DNA of 64,000 bases from Mobula hypostoma. Its lineage: Eukaryota. Positions 13,655-25,229 of this stretch are shown piece after piece. Numbering within the stretch: position 1 is the stretch's first letter; each line of letters begins with the position of its first letter. The stretch spans positions 99,760,001 through 99,824,000 of the forward strand of contig NC_086108.1 in NCBI RefSeq assembly GCF_963921235.1, written 5' to 3'. Below the pieces are notes generated by a model. That model did no database searches, was not told the origin of the DNA, and saw only the letters and a list, made by a program, of their open reading frames with translations. A program made the position numbers and the translations under genes.

Positions 13655-15657
13655 ATGACCCCTTCTACCGTCTTCAACCCTCCTCTTCTTCATGGACACC
13701 CCGCTCTGGTCTTCTGCCTGCTCTGGATCTCTTTATCGCTAACTGCCGACGGGACATCAACCGTCTCGACTTTACCGCACCTTGTCCCCATTCCAACCTC
13801 ACTCCTTCGGAACGCTCTGCTCTCCACTCCCTCCGCACTAATCCTAACCTTATTATCAAACCCGCCGATAAGGAGGGTGCTGTTATAGTCTGGTGTACTG
13901 ACCTCTACCTTGCCGAGGCACAGCGACAACTCGCGGATACCTCCTCTTATTTACCTCCTCGATCGTGACCCCACTAAGGAGCACCAGGCCATTGTCTCCC
14001 ACACTATCACCGACTTTATCCGCTCAGGGGATCTCCCATCCACTGCTACCAACCTTATAGTTCCCACACCCCACACTTCCCATTTCTACCTCCTACCCAA
14101 GATCCACAAACCTGCCTGTCCTGGCAGACCTAATGTCTCAGCTTGCTCTTGCCCCACCGAACTCATTTCTGCATACCTCGACACTGTTTTATCACCCCTT
14201 GTTCAATCCCTTCCGACCTACGTTCGTGACACTTCTCACGCTCTTAAACTTTTCGATGATTTTAAGTTCCCTGGCCCCCACCGCTTTATTTTCACCATGG
14301 ATGTCCAGTCCTTATATACTTCCATCCCCCATCAGGAAGGTCTCAAAGCCCTAAGCTTCTTTTTGGATTCCAGACCTAATCAGTTCCCCTCTACCACCAC
14401 TCTGCTCCATCTAGCGGAATTAGTCCTTACTCTTAATAATTTCTCCTTTGGCTCCTCCCACTTCCTCCAAACTAAAGGTGTAGCTATGGGCACCCGTATG
14501 GGTCCTAGCTATGCCTGCCTTTTTGTTGGGTTTGTGGAACAATCTAAGTTCCGTGCCTATTCTGGTATCTGTCCCCCACTTTTCCTTCGCTACATCGATG
14601 ACTGCATTGGCGCTGCTTCCTGCACGCATGCAGAACTCGTTGACTTTATTAACTTTGCCTCCAACTTTCACCCTGCCCTCAAGTTTACCTGGTCCAGTTC
14701 CGACACCTCCCTCCCCTTTCTAGATCTTTCTGTCTCTGTCTCTGGAGACAGCTTATCCACTGATATCTACTATAAGCCTACTGACTCTCACAGCTATCTG
14801 GACTATTCCTCTTCTCACCCTGTCTCTTGCAAAAACGCCATCCCCTTCTCGCAATTCCTCCGTCTCCGCCGCATCTGCTCTCAGGATGAGGCTTTTCATT
14901 CTAGGACGAGGGAGATGTCTTCCTTTTTTAAAGAAAGGGGCATCCCTTCCTCCACTATCAACTCTGCTCTTAAACGCATCTCCCCCATTTCACGTGCATC
15001 TGCTCTCACTCCATCCTCCCACCACCCCACTAGGAATAGGGTTCCCCTGGTCCTCACCTACCACCCCACCAGCCTCTGGGTCCAACATATTATTCTCTGT
15101 AACTTCCGCACCTCCAACAGGATCCCACCACTAAGCACATCTTTCCCTCCCCGCCTCTCCCTGCATTCCGCAGGGATCGCTCCCTACACAACCTCCTTGT
15201 CCATTCGTCCCCCCCATCCCTCCCCACTGATCTCCCTCCTGGCACTTATCCGTGTAAGCGGAACAAGTGTTACACATGCCCTTACACTTCCTCCCTTACC
15301 ACCATTCAGGGCCCCAAACAGTCCTTCCAGGTGAGGCATCACTTCACCTGTGAGTCGACTGGGGTGATATACTGCGTCCGGTGCTCCTGATGTGGCCTTT
15401 TATATATTGGCGAGACCCGACGCAGACTGTGAGACCACTTTGCTGAACATCTACGCTCTGTCCGCCAGAGAAAGCAGGATCTCCCAGTGGCCACACATTT
15501 TAATTCCACATCCCATTCCCATTCTGACATGTCTATCCACGGCCTCCTCTACTGTAAAGATGAAGCCATACTCAGGTTGGAGGAACAACACCTTATATTC
15601 CGTCTGGGTAGCCTCCAACCTGATGGCATGAACATCGACTTCTCTAACTTCCGCTAG
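13655..15657 (+). pseudogene. Penelope-like RT/GIY-YIG polyprotein, disrupted by frameshifts (near 13950 and 15110) and in-frame TGAs
   Basis: ORF 13910..15334 covers the RT core. The endonuclease frame 15301-15657 ends GMNIDFSNFR* and has two internal stops. Confidence 0.9.
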
Positions 15658-15948
15658 GCCCCACCTCACCCTCGTACCCCATCTGTTACTTATTTTTATG
15701 CACATATTCTTTCTCTCACTCTCCTTTTTCTCCCTCTGTCCCTCTGAATATACCTCTTGCCCATCCTCTGGGTCCCCCCCCCCTGTCTTTCTTCCCGGAC
15801 CTGCTGTCCCATGATCCTCTCGTATCCCCTTTTGCCTATCACCTGTCCGGCTCTCGGCTCCATCCCTCCCCCTCCTGTCTTCTCCTATCATTTTGCATCT
15901 CCCCCTCCCCCTCCAACTTTCAAATCCCTTACTCACTCTTCCTTCAGT

Positions 15949-15986
15949 TAGTCCTGACGAAGGGTCTCGGCCTGAAACGTCGACTG
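15949..15986 (+). ncRNA. Minimal type-I hammerhead ribozyme in the Penelope 3' terminal region
   Basis: TAGTC-CTGACGA-AGGGTCTCGGCCT-GAAAC-GTC-GACTG: full CUGANGA/GAAA core, stem II, palindromic ACGU stem III, GUC cleavage triplet and stem I TAGTC/GACTG. Confidence 0.85.
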
Positions 15987-17741
15987 CACCTCTTCCTATA
16001 GATGCTGCCTGGCCTGCTGTGTTCACCAGCAACTTTGATGTGTGTTGCTTGAATTTCCAGCATCTGCAGAATTCCTGGTGTTTGCAGTAGAGTCATTGCC
16101 TCCTTCCTTTTTCTGACTTCCACCCACAATGACTCAGTAGACAATCCTTCCATAATTTCCTCCTTTTCTGCAGCCGTGATACTAACACTGATTAGCAGTG
16201 CCACTCCCCCACCTCTTTTGCCTCCCTCCCTGTTCTTAATGAAACATCTAAAGCCCGGCACACTCAGCAGCCATTCCTACCCCTGAGACATCCAAGTCTC
16301 TGCAATGGCCACAATGTCATAGTGCCATGCATTGATCCACCCTCTAAGTTCATCTGCCTTGCTTATGATACTCCTTGCATTAAAATAGGCACATCTCAAA
16401 CTATCAGGCTGAGTGCATCTTTGCTCTCTCATCTGCCTATCCTTCCTCACAAACTCCTTACAAGCTATCTCTACTTGTGCGCCAACCGCTCCATTCCCAG
16501 CCTCTTCACTTTGGTTCCCACCCCCAGCAAATCTAGGTTAAACCTTCCCTGATAGCATTAACAAACCTCCCTCCCAGGATATTGGTTTCCCTCCAGTTCA
16601 GGTGCAGCCCGTCCCATTTGTACAGGTCACCCCTTCCCCAGAAAAAATTCAATGATCCAAGAACTTGCAGCCTTACTCCCTGCAACATCTCCTCAGCCAT
16701 TCATTCATCTGCACTATGTTCCTGTTCTGACCTTCACTTGCTTGTGGCACCGGGAGGAATCCAGAGATTACCACCTTGGAAGTCCTGTTCATCAGCCTCC
16801 TTCCTAACTCCCTCAACTTACTGCGCGGGACCTCTACCCTATCCTGTCTATGTTATCGGTACTAACATGTACCACGACCTCCGGCTCCTCGCCCTCCCCT
16901 TCAAGAATATTCTGCCACCTGTCTGAGACATCCCGGACCCTAGCACCTGGGAAGCAACACACTATCCTGGCATCTCTTTTGCCTCTGTAGAATCTCCTGT
17001 TTGGGTCCCTCTAACTATCGAGTCCCCTATGACTATTGCTCCGCCTGACTTCAGCCTGCCCTTCTGAGGCTCAGAACCGACCACAATTCTATTGGTCTGG
17101 CTGCCACTGCCTTGCCCAGATAGGTCGTCCCCCTCAGCAGTATCCAAAAGGGTATACTGTTGCTGAGGGGAATGGCCACAGGGGGACCTTTACCTCTGTC
17201 AGTGTTCGCCCATCTACTTCCCGAATTCTGCACTCTAGGTGTCACCAACTGCTCAAAAGTCACATCTATCAATCGTTCTTCTTCCCATATGATCCTAAGT
17301 TCATCCACCTCCAGCTCCAATTCCTTAGTGCAGTCTTCCATGAGCTGGAATTGGCTACACTTCCTGTAAGTGTAGTCTTCAGGGAGACAGTCAGGTTCTA
17401 TGAATTCCCACATCCTACAGGAGGAGCATTCCACTGCCATATCTGCCATCCTGCCTGCACTGTACACTGGGCAACAAAGGCCAAATCTTCTAACCTGTTT
17501 CTTTGGCCTCAGTCTTTTCTTGGCGAAGCCTCTTGAGTCAAAGCCTGACACTCCTATTCTCACTGCTGGCCCACTCCCAGCAGAGGCCCTCTGTACTTTT
17601 ATCTACTTCGCCGTGCTCTGTTCCCGACGCTGATTGGGCCTCCGTAATGTCTGAACGCCCGTGGAGCTCTTCTTTTATACAAGCTTCGCCAACGATGCAA
17701 GTGACCTCCTCGAAGTGCTCTATTCTTACTACTGATTGGAC

Positions 17742-18140
17742 CGCTGGAGTTTAGAAGAATGAGGGAGGTCTTATTGAAATGTATCAGGTATTGAAAGGCC
17801 TAGATAGAGTCGATTTTTCCTAAAGTGGGGAAGTCTAGGACCAGAGGGCACAGTCTCAGAATAGAAGGACTTCCTTTTAGGAAAGAGATGAGGAGGAATT
17901 TCTTTAGCTAGAGGACAGTGAATCTGTTGAGTACTTTGCCACAAATGGGTGTGAAGGTCAAGACACTGGGTATATTTAGAGCAGAGATTGATGGTTTGTC
18001 ATCAGTAAGGACATCAAAGGTTACAGAGAGAAAGCAGGAGAATGAGATTGAAAGGGATAATAAATCAGCCATGATGGAGTAGACAGCAGACTTGATGGGC
18101 CAAATGGCCTCATGCTGCTCCTATGTCTTATGGTCTTTTG
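17742..18140 (+). mobile_element. Old CR1 3' end, right half of the 12345-12901 element
   Basis: Encodes LEFRRMRGGLIEMYQVLKG, followed by a CR1 3'UTR ending CCTATGTCTTATGGTCTT. Confidence 0.8.
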
Positions 18141-18389
18141 TTACCATATACTAACTAGAGATTAAGTGTCTTGCAGGCATTTACAAAAAAGTAATGAACT
18201 GCAATAGTATTTATGAAAAACTAAACTAAGCAATGCGCAAAAGAGGACTAATTCTGCAAATAAAAATAAATAATATAAAGAACATGAGTTGAGGAGTCCT
18301 GGCAAGTAAGCCAGTAGGTTTTGAACTCAGTTCAGAGGTGTGGTGATTGAAGCTATCCATGCCGGTTTAGGTGTTTTAGGGTCTAGACA

Positions 18390-18575
18390 GCACCCCCCCC
18401 CCACCCCACCCTCTAACTCTGACTTTTCATCTTTTTCTCTCCAGTCCTGCTGAAGGATCTCGGCCCAAACTTCGACGGTTTACTCTTTTCCATTGATGCT
18501 GCCTGGCCTGCTGAGTTTCTCCAGCATTTTGTGTGTGTTACTTGGATTTCCAGCATCTGCAGTTTCTCTCTTGTT
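18390..18575 (+). mobile_element. Short Penelope-derived terminal element with degenerate hammerhead
   Basis: CAGTCCTGCTGAAGGATCTCGGCCCAAACTTCGAC followed by GATGCTGCCTGGCCTGCTGAG...CAGCATCTGCAG. Confidence 0.8.
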
Positions 18576-18744
18576 AGCCATTCATTCCCTTGACTGCTAT
18601 TGTGGGATCTGGTTGCATGAAAAAAATGGCCACTGAAATTGTACGACATGGGTTACTTGGAAAGGATCAAGGGTGCATTTAATTTGTCATATACTGCACA
18701 TTTACATGAATTAGGGATTTGCTGTGCTGTGTTGGTGCAACATA

Positions 18745-19231
18745 CGAGGGGTGATTGATAAGTTTGTGGCCTAAGGTAGAAGGACTCAATTTTAGAAAAC
18801 CTTGCACATTTATTTTTTCAACATAGTCCCCTCCTACATGTACACACTTAGTCCAGCGGTCGTGGAGCATACAGATCCCTTCTTTGTAGAAGTGATCCAC
18901 AGCCGGGGTGATTGACAAGTTCATGGCCTAAGGTAGAAGGAGATGAGTTATACAGCTCTTGTTACATACACATGCAGTTCAACTTCTTGAGTGAAAATGC
19001 AGAAAGTTTGAAGTTCCTCCTCATCTCCTTCTACTTTAGGCCACGAACTTACCAATCATCCCTGCTGTGGACCACTTCCTGGAGGTCCAAGATGCCGACT
19101 TCTGCAAAAAGGGGATCCGTATGCTCCACGATCGCTGGACTAAGTGTGTAAATGTAGGAAAAATAAATGTGCTAGGTTTTCTAAAATTGACTCCTTCTAC
19201 CTTAGGTCACAAACTTATCAATCACCCCTCG
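18745..19231. mobile_element. Palindromic mariner-derived non-autonomous element
   Basis: TA|CGAGGGGTGATTGATAAGTTTGTGGCCTAAGGTAGAAGG at the left and its inverse |TA at the right. Inverted copies of a mariner transposase C-terminus (GICMLHDRWTKCVHVGGDYVEK). Confidence 0.9.
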
Positions 19232-19902
19232 TACAACAGAAAGGAACAACATTCAACAATTATATAGAGAAAAGAACTTTATAAAAATGTTTTTTAAAGT
19301 ACAAATTGTACTGAAGAGTTCCAAGACATTTCTCCTCCGTACAAGGTGAAAACTGTTAGCTTGTTCGTTCTTTAATATATCAGTACTTATGCAAACCATC
19401 AGCATTCTCCCATTTTTGCTCAAAATGTATTATCCATTTCTTCCTTTCCAAGAATGGATTGTCATGAGGTAAGTCAGATGTCCATATTTCTATTCTAATT
19501 ATGAAGTATATTTAATTATATGTTTTCCAATTTTTTTTTACCAGTTTTTGTTGGAGAAGAGTCATTGCAAATCAATAGTTCAAATTGTCACAGATCAGTG
19601 TGAAGACTTTGAGGGGAACTTATTCAAATACACTGGCTAAATTTGTTATCTTTGTTGGTGGCTGTTAATCGTATCTGAGGATGACAGGAAATCTGTGCAG
19701 TAAAGTTTTTAAAGTTGAAAAGCAGTTGCATTGGGGCAGTTTTACTCTCTCGACCTCGAAAGTCTGGAGTCAGTGAAGGAGTGGAGCTTTGAGGCTTTGG
19801 CTCGAGAGGCTTCGGCGAGAAGAGGCGGAGGACGAACTTGCTCCCAGAGAGGTAAGGCCGGGTAAGTTTCTTTAATTAATTTCATTAACTTAGGAGTTGG
19901 TA

Positions 19903-20843
19903 ATGGAGGCAGTAGATAGGGCAGTCGAGTGCTCTGATTGTAGGGTGTGGGAAGTCAGGGACAGCACATTGTCTCTGATGACTACACCTGCAAAAGGTGC
20001 ATCCAGCTGCAGGCTCCTGTCAAACTGAATTAGGGAAATGGAGCTGGAGCTGGATGAACTTCGGCTCATTCGGGAGGCAGAGGCAGTAATAGATTGGAGT
20101 TTCAGGGAGACAGTCACCCCTAAAAGTCAGGAGATAGGTAACTGGGTGACTGTCAGTGGAGGGAAGAGGAATAGACAGAATGAGCAGAGCACCCCTGTGG
20201 CCATTCCCATCCACAATTAAGTATACTGTTTTGGATATTGTTGGTGGGGAAGACCTACCAGGGACAAGTTGTAGTGGTTGCGTCTCTGGAACCGAGACTG
20301 GACCCTCAGCTCAGAAAGGAAGGAGGGAAAAGAGGAGAGCAGTTGTGATAGGGGATTTGATAGTTAGGGGGACAGATAAGAGGTTCTGTGGGAGAGATCG
20401 AAAATCCCGGATGGTCTGTTGCCTCCCTGGTGCCAGGGTCCATGATATCTCAGATCGAGTTCTCGGTATTCACAGGAGAGAGGGTGAGCAGCCAGATGTC
20501 GTGGTCCATGTGGGGACCAATGACATAGATAGGAGTAGGGATGAGGTCCTGAAGAAGGAATATAGGGAGTTAGGAAAGAATTTAAAAAGCAGGACCTCAA
20601 GGGTAGTAATCTTGGGATTGCTGCCTGTGCCACAAGACAGAGGGTAGGAACAGGAGGTTATGGCAGATGAATGCGTAGCTGAAGAGCTGGTGCAGGGGGC
20701 AGGGGTTCAGATTTCTGGATCATTGGGATCTCCTCTGGGGAAGGTCTGACCTGTACAAAAAGGATTTTCTGCATCTGAACTGGAAAGGGACCAATATCTT
20801 GGCGGGCAGGTTTGCTAGAGCTGTTGGGGAGGGTTTAAACTAG
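19903..20843 (+). pseudogene. CR1 ORF1p: N-terminal Cys motif, coiled coil and SGNH/GDSL esterase domain, frameshifted
   Basis: MEAVDRAVECSDCRVWE, ELELELDELRLIRE, AVVIGDLIVRG, VVVHVGTND and DFLHLNWKG. Confidence 0.9.
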
Positions 20844-20869
20844 TTTAGCAGGGGGGTGGGAACCAGAAT

Positions 20870-23720
20870 GTGAGTGCAGAGATTAGGGTAGAAGGACAAG
20901 GGCATGATGCTATGCATTCTGAGTTGGTGAGGAAGGACAGGCAGGGGACAAAACATAAATGTAGCCAGTTAGAAGGGTTGAAATGTGTTTATTTCAACGC
21001 TAGGAGTATTAGGAATAAAGGGGATGAACTTAGAGCATGGATCAGTACGTGGAACTAAGATGTAGTGGATGTTACCGAAACTTGGCTGGAGGAAGGGCAG
21101 GATTGGCTGATGCAGGTACCGAGGTTTAGGTGTTTTAAAAGGAATAGGATGGGAGGTGGAAAAGGGGGGAGGAGTAGCATTACTGGTCAGGGATAGTATC
21201 ATGGCTATAGAAAGGGAGGATGCTGCAGAGGGAGGGTCCACTGAGTCGGTGTGGGTGGAAGTCAGAAATAGGAAAGGATCAATCACTGTGCTAGGAGTAG
21301 TCTATAGGCCCCCAAATAGCCCTCGGGACACCGAGGTGCAGATAAGCAGGCAGATTTTAGAATGGTGCAGGAAATACAGGGTTGTAGTTATGGGTGATTT
21401 CAACTTCCCTCATATTGACTGGCACCTCCTGACTGCAAGGGGGATAGATGAGGCTGAATTTGTCAGGTGTGTTCAAGAAGGATTCCTGACACAGTATGTG
21501 GACCAGCCGACGAGAGGAGAGGCCATACTGGATCTAGTTCTGGGTAATGAACCTGGTCAGGTGGCAGACCTCTTGGTAGGGGAGCATTTTGGTGAAAGTG
21601 ACCACAACTCCCTTAGCTTCAGCATAGCTATGGAAAAGGATAAAAACAGACAAAATGGGAAAGTGCTTAACTGAGGAAGGGCTAACTATGAAGGGATGAG
21701 GCAGGAACTCACGAGGGTAAATTGGAAACAGATGTTCAAGGGTGAAAGAACAGAAGTAATGTGGAGGAAGTTTAGGGACTACTTGTGCTGGGTTCAGGAT
21801 AGGTTTGCCACACTGAGACAAGGAAAAAGTGGTAGGAAAAGGGAACTGTGGCTGAAGAAACACGTGAAGCAACTCGTCAAGAGGAAGAGGGAAGCATATG
21901 TTAGATATAAGAAGCAGGAAGCAGGAGGGGCTCATGAGAAATATAGGGCAGCCAGGAAGGAGCTTAAGAAAGGACTCAGGAGAGCTCGAAGGGGGCAAGA
22001 GAAGGCCTTGGCATGTAGGATTAAGGAGAATCCCAAGGCGTTCTATGCGTATGTGAAGAACAGAAGGATGACAAGAATGAAGGTTGGGCTGCTAAAGGAC
22101 AAATAAGGCAACATGTGCCTGGAGGCGGAGGAGGTTGGGGAGGTCCTAAATGAATACTTTGCTTCAGTATTCACAAGTGAAAAGGATCAGGGTGAGGTCA
22201 ACATGGAACAGACCTGTGTGCTGGACAATGTGGAGATTAAAGAAGAAGGAATGTTGGATCTTCTTAAAAACATCAAAATTGATAAGTCCCCAGGGCCGGG
22301 CGTGATATACCTCAGGTTGCTGTGGGCAGTGAGAGAAGAGATCGCTGGAGCAGTACCTATGATCTTTGAATCCTCTTTGGCTGCAGGGGAGGTGCCGGAG
22401 GATTGGAGAAAGGCAGATGTAGTTCCCTTGTTTAAAAAAGTTAATAGGGAGAATCCTGGGAACTATAGACCGGTGAGTCTGCAAACTATTGGAAAGGATT
22501 CTTAAGAATAGGATCTACGAGCACTTGGAGAAGTACAGTCTACTCAAGGATGGTCAACATGGCTTTGTGAAGGGAAGGTCATGTCTCACAAGCCCAATTG
22601 AGTTTTTTGAGGAGGTAACAAAAGAAATTGATGAGGGTTGGGCGGTAGATGTGGTTTACATGGATTTTAACAAGGCATTTGACAAGGTCCCCCATGAGAG
22701 ACTCATCCAGAAAGTCATGAGGCATGGGATCAGTGGAAACTTGGCTGTTTGGATAAAAAATTGGCTTAAAGGAAGAAAGCAGAGGATAGTTGTGGAAGAA
22801 AAGTATTCTGCCTGGAGGTCAGTTACTAGTGGAATGCCACAAGGATCTGTCCTGGGACCACTGCGCTTTGTGATTTTTATAAATGACTTGGACGAAGAGG
22901 CGGAAGGATGGGTGAGTAAGTTTGCAGATGACATGAAGACTGGAGGAATTGTGGATGGAGCTATAGATTGTTGAAGGTTACAAGAGGATATAGACGGGAT
23001 GCAGAGTTGGGCAGAAAAGTGGCAGATGGAGTTCAATCCGGATAAGTGTGAGGTGATGCATTTTGGAAGGACAAACCAGAAGGCTGAGTACAGGGATAAT
23101 GGTCGGTTACTTAAGAGTGTGATTGAACAGAGGGACCTTGGGGTTCAAATCCATAAATCCCTCAAGGTCGCTGCACAGGTTGATAGGATAGTTAAAAAGG
23201 CCTATGGGATGCTAGGCTTCATTAATAGGGGGATTGAGTTCAAGAGTAGAGAGGTCATGTTGCAACTCTATAAATTTCTGGTGAGACCACACTTAGAGTG
23301 TTGTGTTCAGTTCTGGTCACCTCATTATAGGAAGGACGTGGAAGCTATGGAGAGGGTGCAGAGGAGATTTACCAGGATGTTGCCTGGATTGGAAAACAAG
23401 TCTTATGAGGCTAGGTTAGCAGAGCTGGGACTTTTCTCTTTGGAGCGTAGAAGGATGAGAGGGGACTTGATAGAGGTCTAGAAGATTATGAGAGGCATAG
23501 ATAGGGTGGATAGCCAGCACCTGTTTCTCAGGGCACGAATAGCAAACACCAGAGGGCATATGTACAAAGTTAAGGGAGGGAAGTTTAGGGGAGACATCAG
23601 GGGTAAGTTTTTTTACACAGAGGGTTGTAGGTTCCTGGAATTACTTGCCAGGGATGGTGGTGGAGGCTAAAACATTAGGGGTATTTAAGAGCCTCTTGGA
23701 CAGGCATGTGGATGAAAGAA
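20870..23720 (+). pseudogene. CR1 ORF2p (APE endonuclease plus RT), multiple stops and frameshifts
   Basis: [53 protein letters not shown] and KFADD. Confidence 0.95.
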
Positions 23721-23865
23721 AAATAGAGGGTTATGGGGTAATGTGGTTTTAGTACGTTTTTTTAAAGGAATATATGGGTCGGCACAACATCGAGGGCCGA
23801 AGGTCCTGTACTGTGCTGTAGTATTTTGGTGTCTAGTGTCTAATGCCAAAATCCTCTGTAAGTTT

Positions 23866-25160
23866 TAGACCATAAGACCATAAGACAAAGGAGCAGGTCG
23901 GCCATTCAGCCCATCGAGTCTGCTTCACCATTTTATCATGAGCTGATCCATTCTCCCATTTAGTCCCACTCCCCGCCTTCTCATCATAACCTTTGATGCC
24001 CTGGCTACTCAGATACCTGTCAATCTCTGCCTTAAATACACCCAATGACTTGGCCTCCACTGCTGCCCGTGGCAACAAATTCCATAACTTCACCACCCTC
24101 TGGCTAAAACAATTTCTTCGCATTTCTGTTCTGAATGGGCGCCCTTCAATCCTTAAGTCATGCCCTCTCGTACTAGACTCCCCCATCATGGGAAACAACT
24201 TTGCCACATCGACTCTGTCCATGCCTTTCAACATTCGAAATGTTTCTATGAGGTCCCCCCTCATTCTTCTAAACTCCAAGGAATACAGTCCAAGAGCGGA
24301 CAAATGTTCCTCATATGTTAACCTTCTCATTCCCGGAATCATTCTAGTGAATCTTCTCTGTACCCTCTCCAACGTCAGCACATCCTTTCTTAAATAAGGA
24401 GACCAAAACTGCCCACAGTACTCCAAGTGAGGCTTTACCAGTGCCTTATAGAGCCTCAACATCATATCCCTGCTCCTATACTCTATTCCTCTAGAAATGA
24501 ATGCCAACATTGCATTCGCCTTCTTCACTACCGACTCAACCTGAAGGTTAACCTTAAGGGTATCCTGCACGAGGACTCCCAAATCCTGTTGCATCTCTGA
24601 ACTTTAATCTCTCCCCATTTAAATAATAGTCTGCCAGTTTATTTCTTCTGCCAAAGTGCATAACCATACTCTTTCCAACATTGTATTTCATTTGCCACTT
24701 CTTTGCCCATTCTTCCAATCTGTCCAGGTCTCTCTGCAGACTCTCCATTTCCTCAGCACTACCGGCCCCTCCACCTATCTTTGTATTGTCAGCAAACTTA
24801 GCCACAAAGCCATCAATTCCATAATCCAAATCGTTGATGTACAACTTAAAAAGAAGTGGCCCCAACACGGACCCCTGTGGAATACCACTGGTAACCGGCA
24901 GCCAACCAGAATAGGATCCCTTTATTCCCACTCTCTGTTTCCTGCCAATCAGCCAACGCTCTATCCACGTATGTAACTTTCCCATAATCCCATGTGCTCT
25001 TATCTTGTTAATTCCATGCTGAGTTCTACCTATCTTGTCATATGCCTCCAGGTACTCTGTAACCTCATCCTTGACAATTGACTCCAACAACTTCCCAACC
25101 ACCGATGTCAAGCTAACAGGTCTATAATTTCCTTTTTGCTCCCTTGCCCCCTTCTTAAAT
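23866..25160 (-). mobile_element. CR1 LINE 3' portion (RT), tail-to-tail with the preceding CR1
   Basis: ORFs 24554..25177 and 23833..24594 have [16 protein letters not shown] and RVQRRFTRMIPG. (CTTATGGT)n tail. Confidence 0.95.
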
Positions 25161-25229
25161 AACAAATTAAATACCAAACTAATCCTTTTGCTTTTTTTTA
25201 ATAATCTTCCAAAGTTATTAAGTTAAAAA

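Larger units (their letters stand above)
13643..16084 (+). mobile_element. Penelope-like retroelement (RT plus GIY-YIG), 5'-truncated, with 13-bp TSD
   Basis: RT motifs IIKPADKEGAV, FYLLPKIHK, TMDVQSLYTSIP, GVAMGTRMGPSYA and LRYIDD. GIY-YIG reads VIYCVRCS*CGLLYIGET. CAGTAGAGTCATT occurs at 13630-13642 and 16085-16097. Confidence 0.95.
12902..17741 (-). mobile_element. CR1 LINE 5' half (5'UTR, ORF1 zinc finger/coiled coil/esterase, APE endonuclease), lacking RT and 3' end, interrupted by a Penelope-like element
   Basis: ORF1 has MAVECSSCRMWE...CSQFQLME...ELELEVDELRII and AIVIGDSIVRG. APE motifs GGGVALL and TESLWVEVR lie at 16085-16260, QYVDKPTRGE at 13174-13470. Confidence 0.9.
19775..23842 (+). 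mobile_element. Full-length CR1-clade LINE, decayed
   Basis: CpG-containing 5'UTR, ORF1, APE plus RT ORF2, and a 3'UTR ending in GTGTCTAGTGTCTA. Confidence 0.95.

Noticed and set aside
19852..19893. Mini-intron in the CR1 5'UTR (GTAAGG/GTAAGT...TTAG)
   Set aside because: At 32-42 nt it is below the usual vertebrate minimum intron size.
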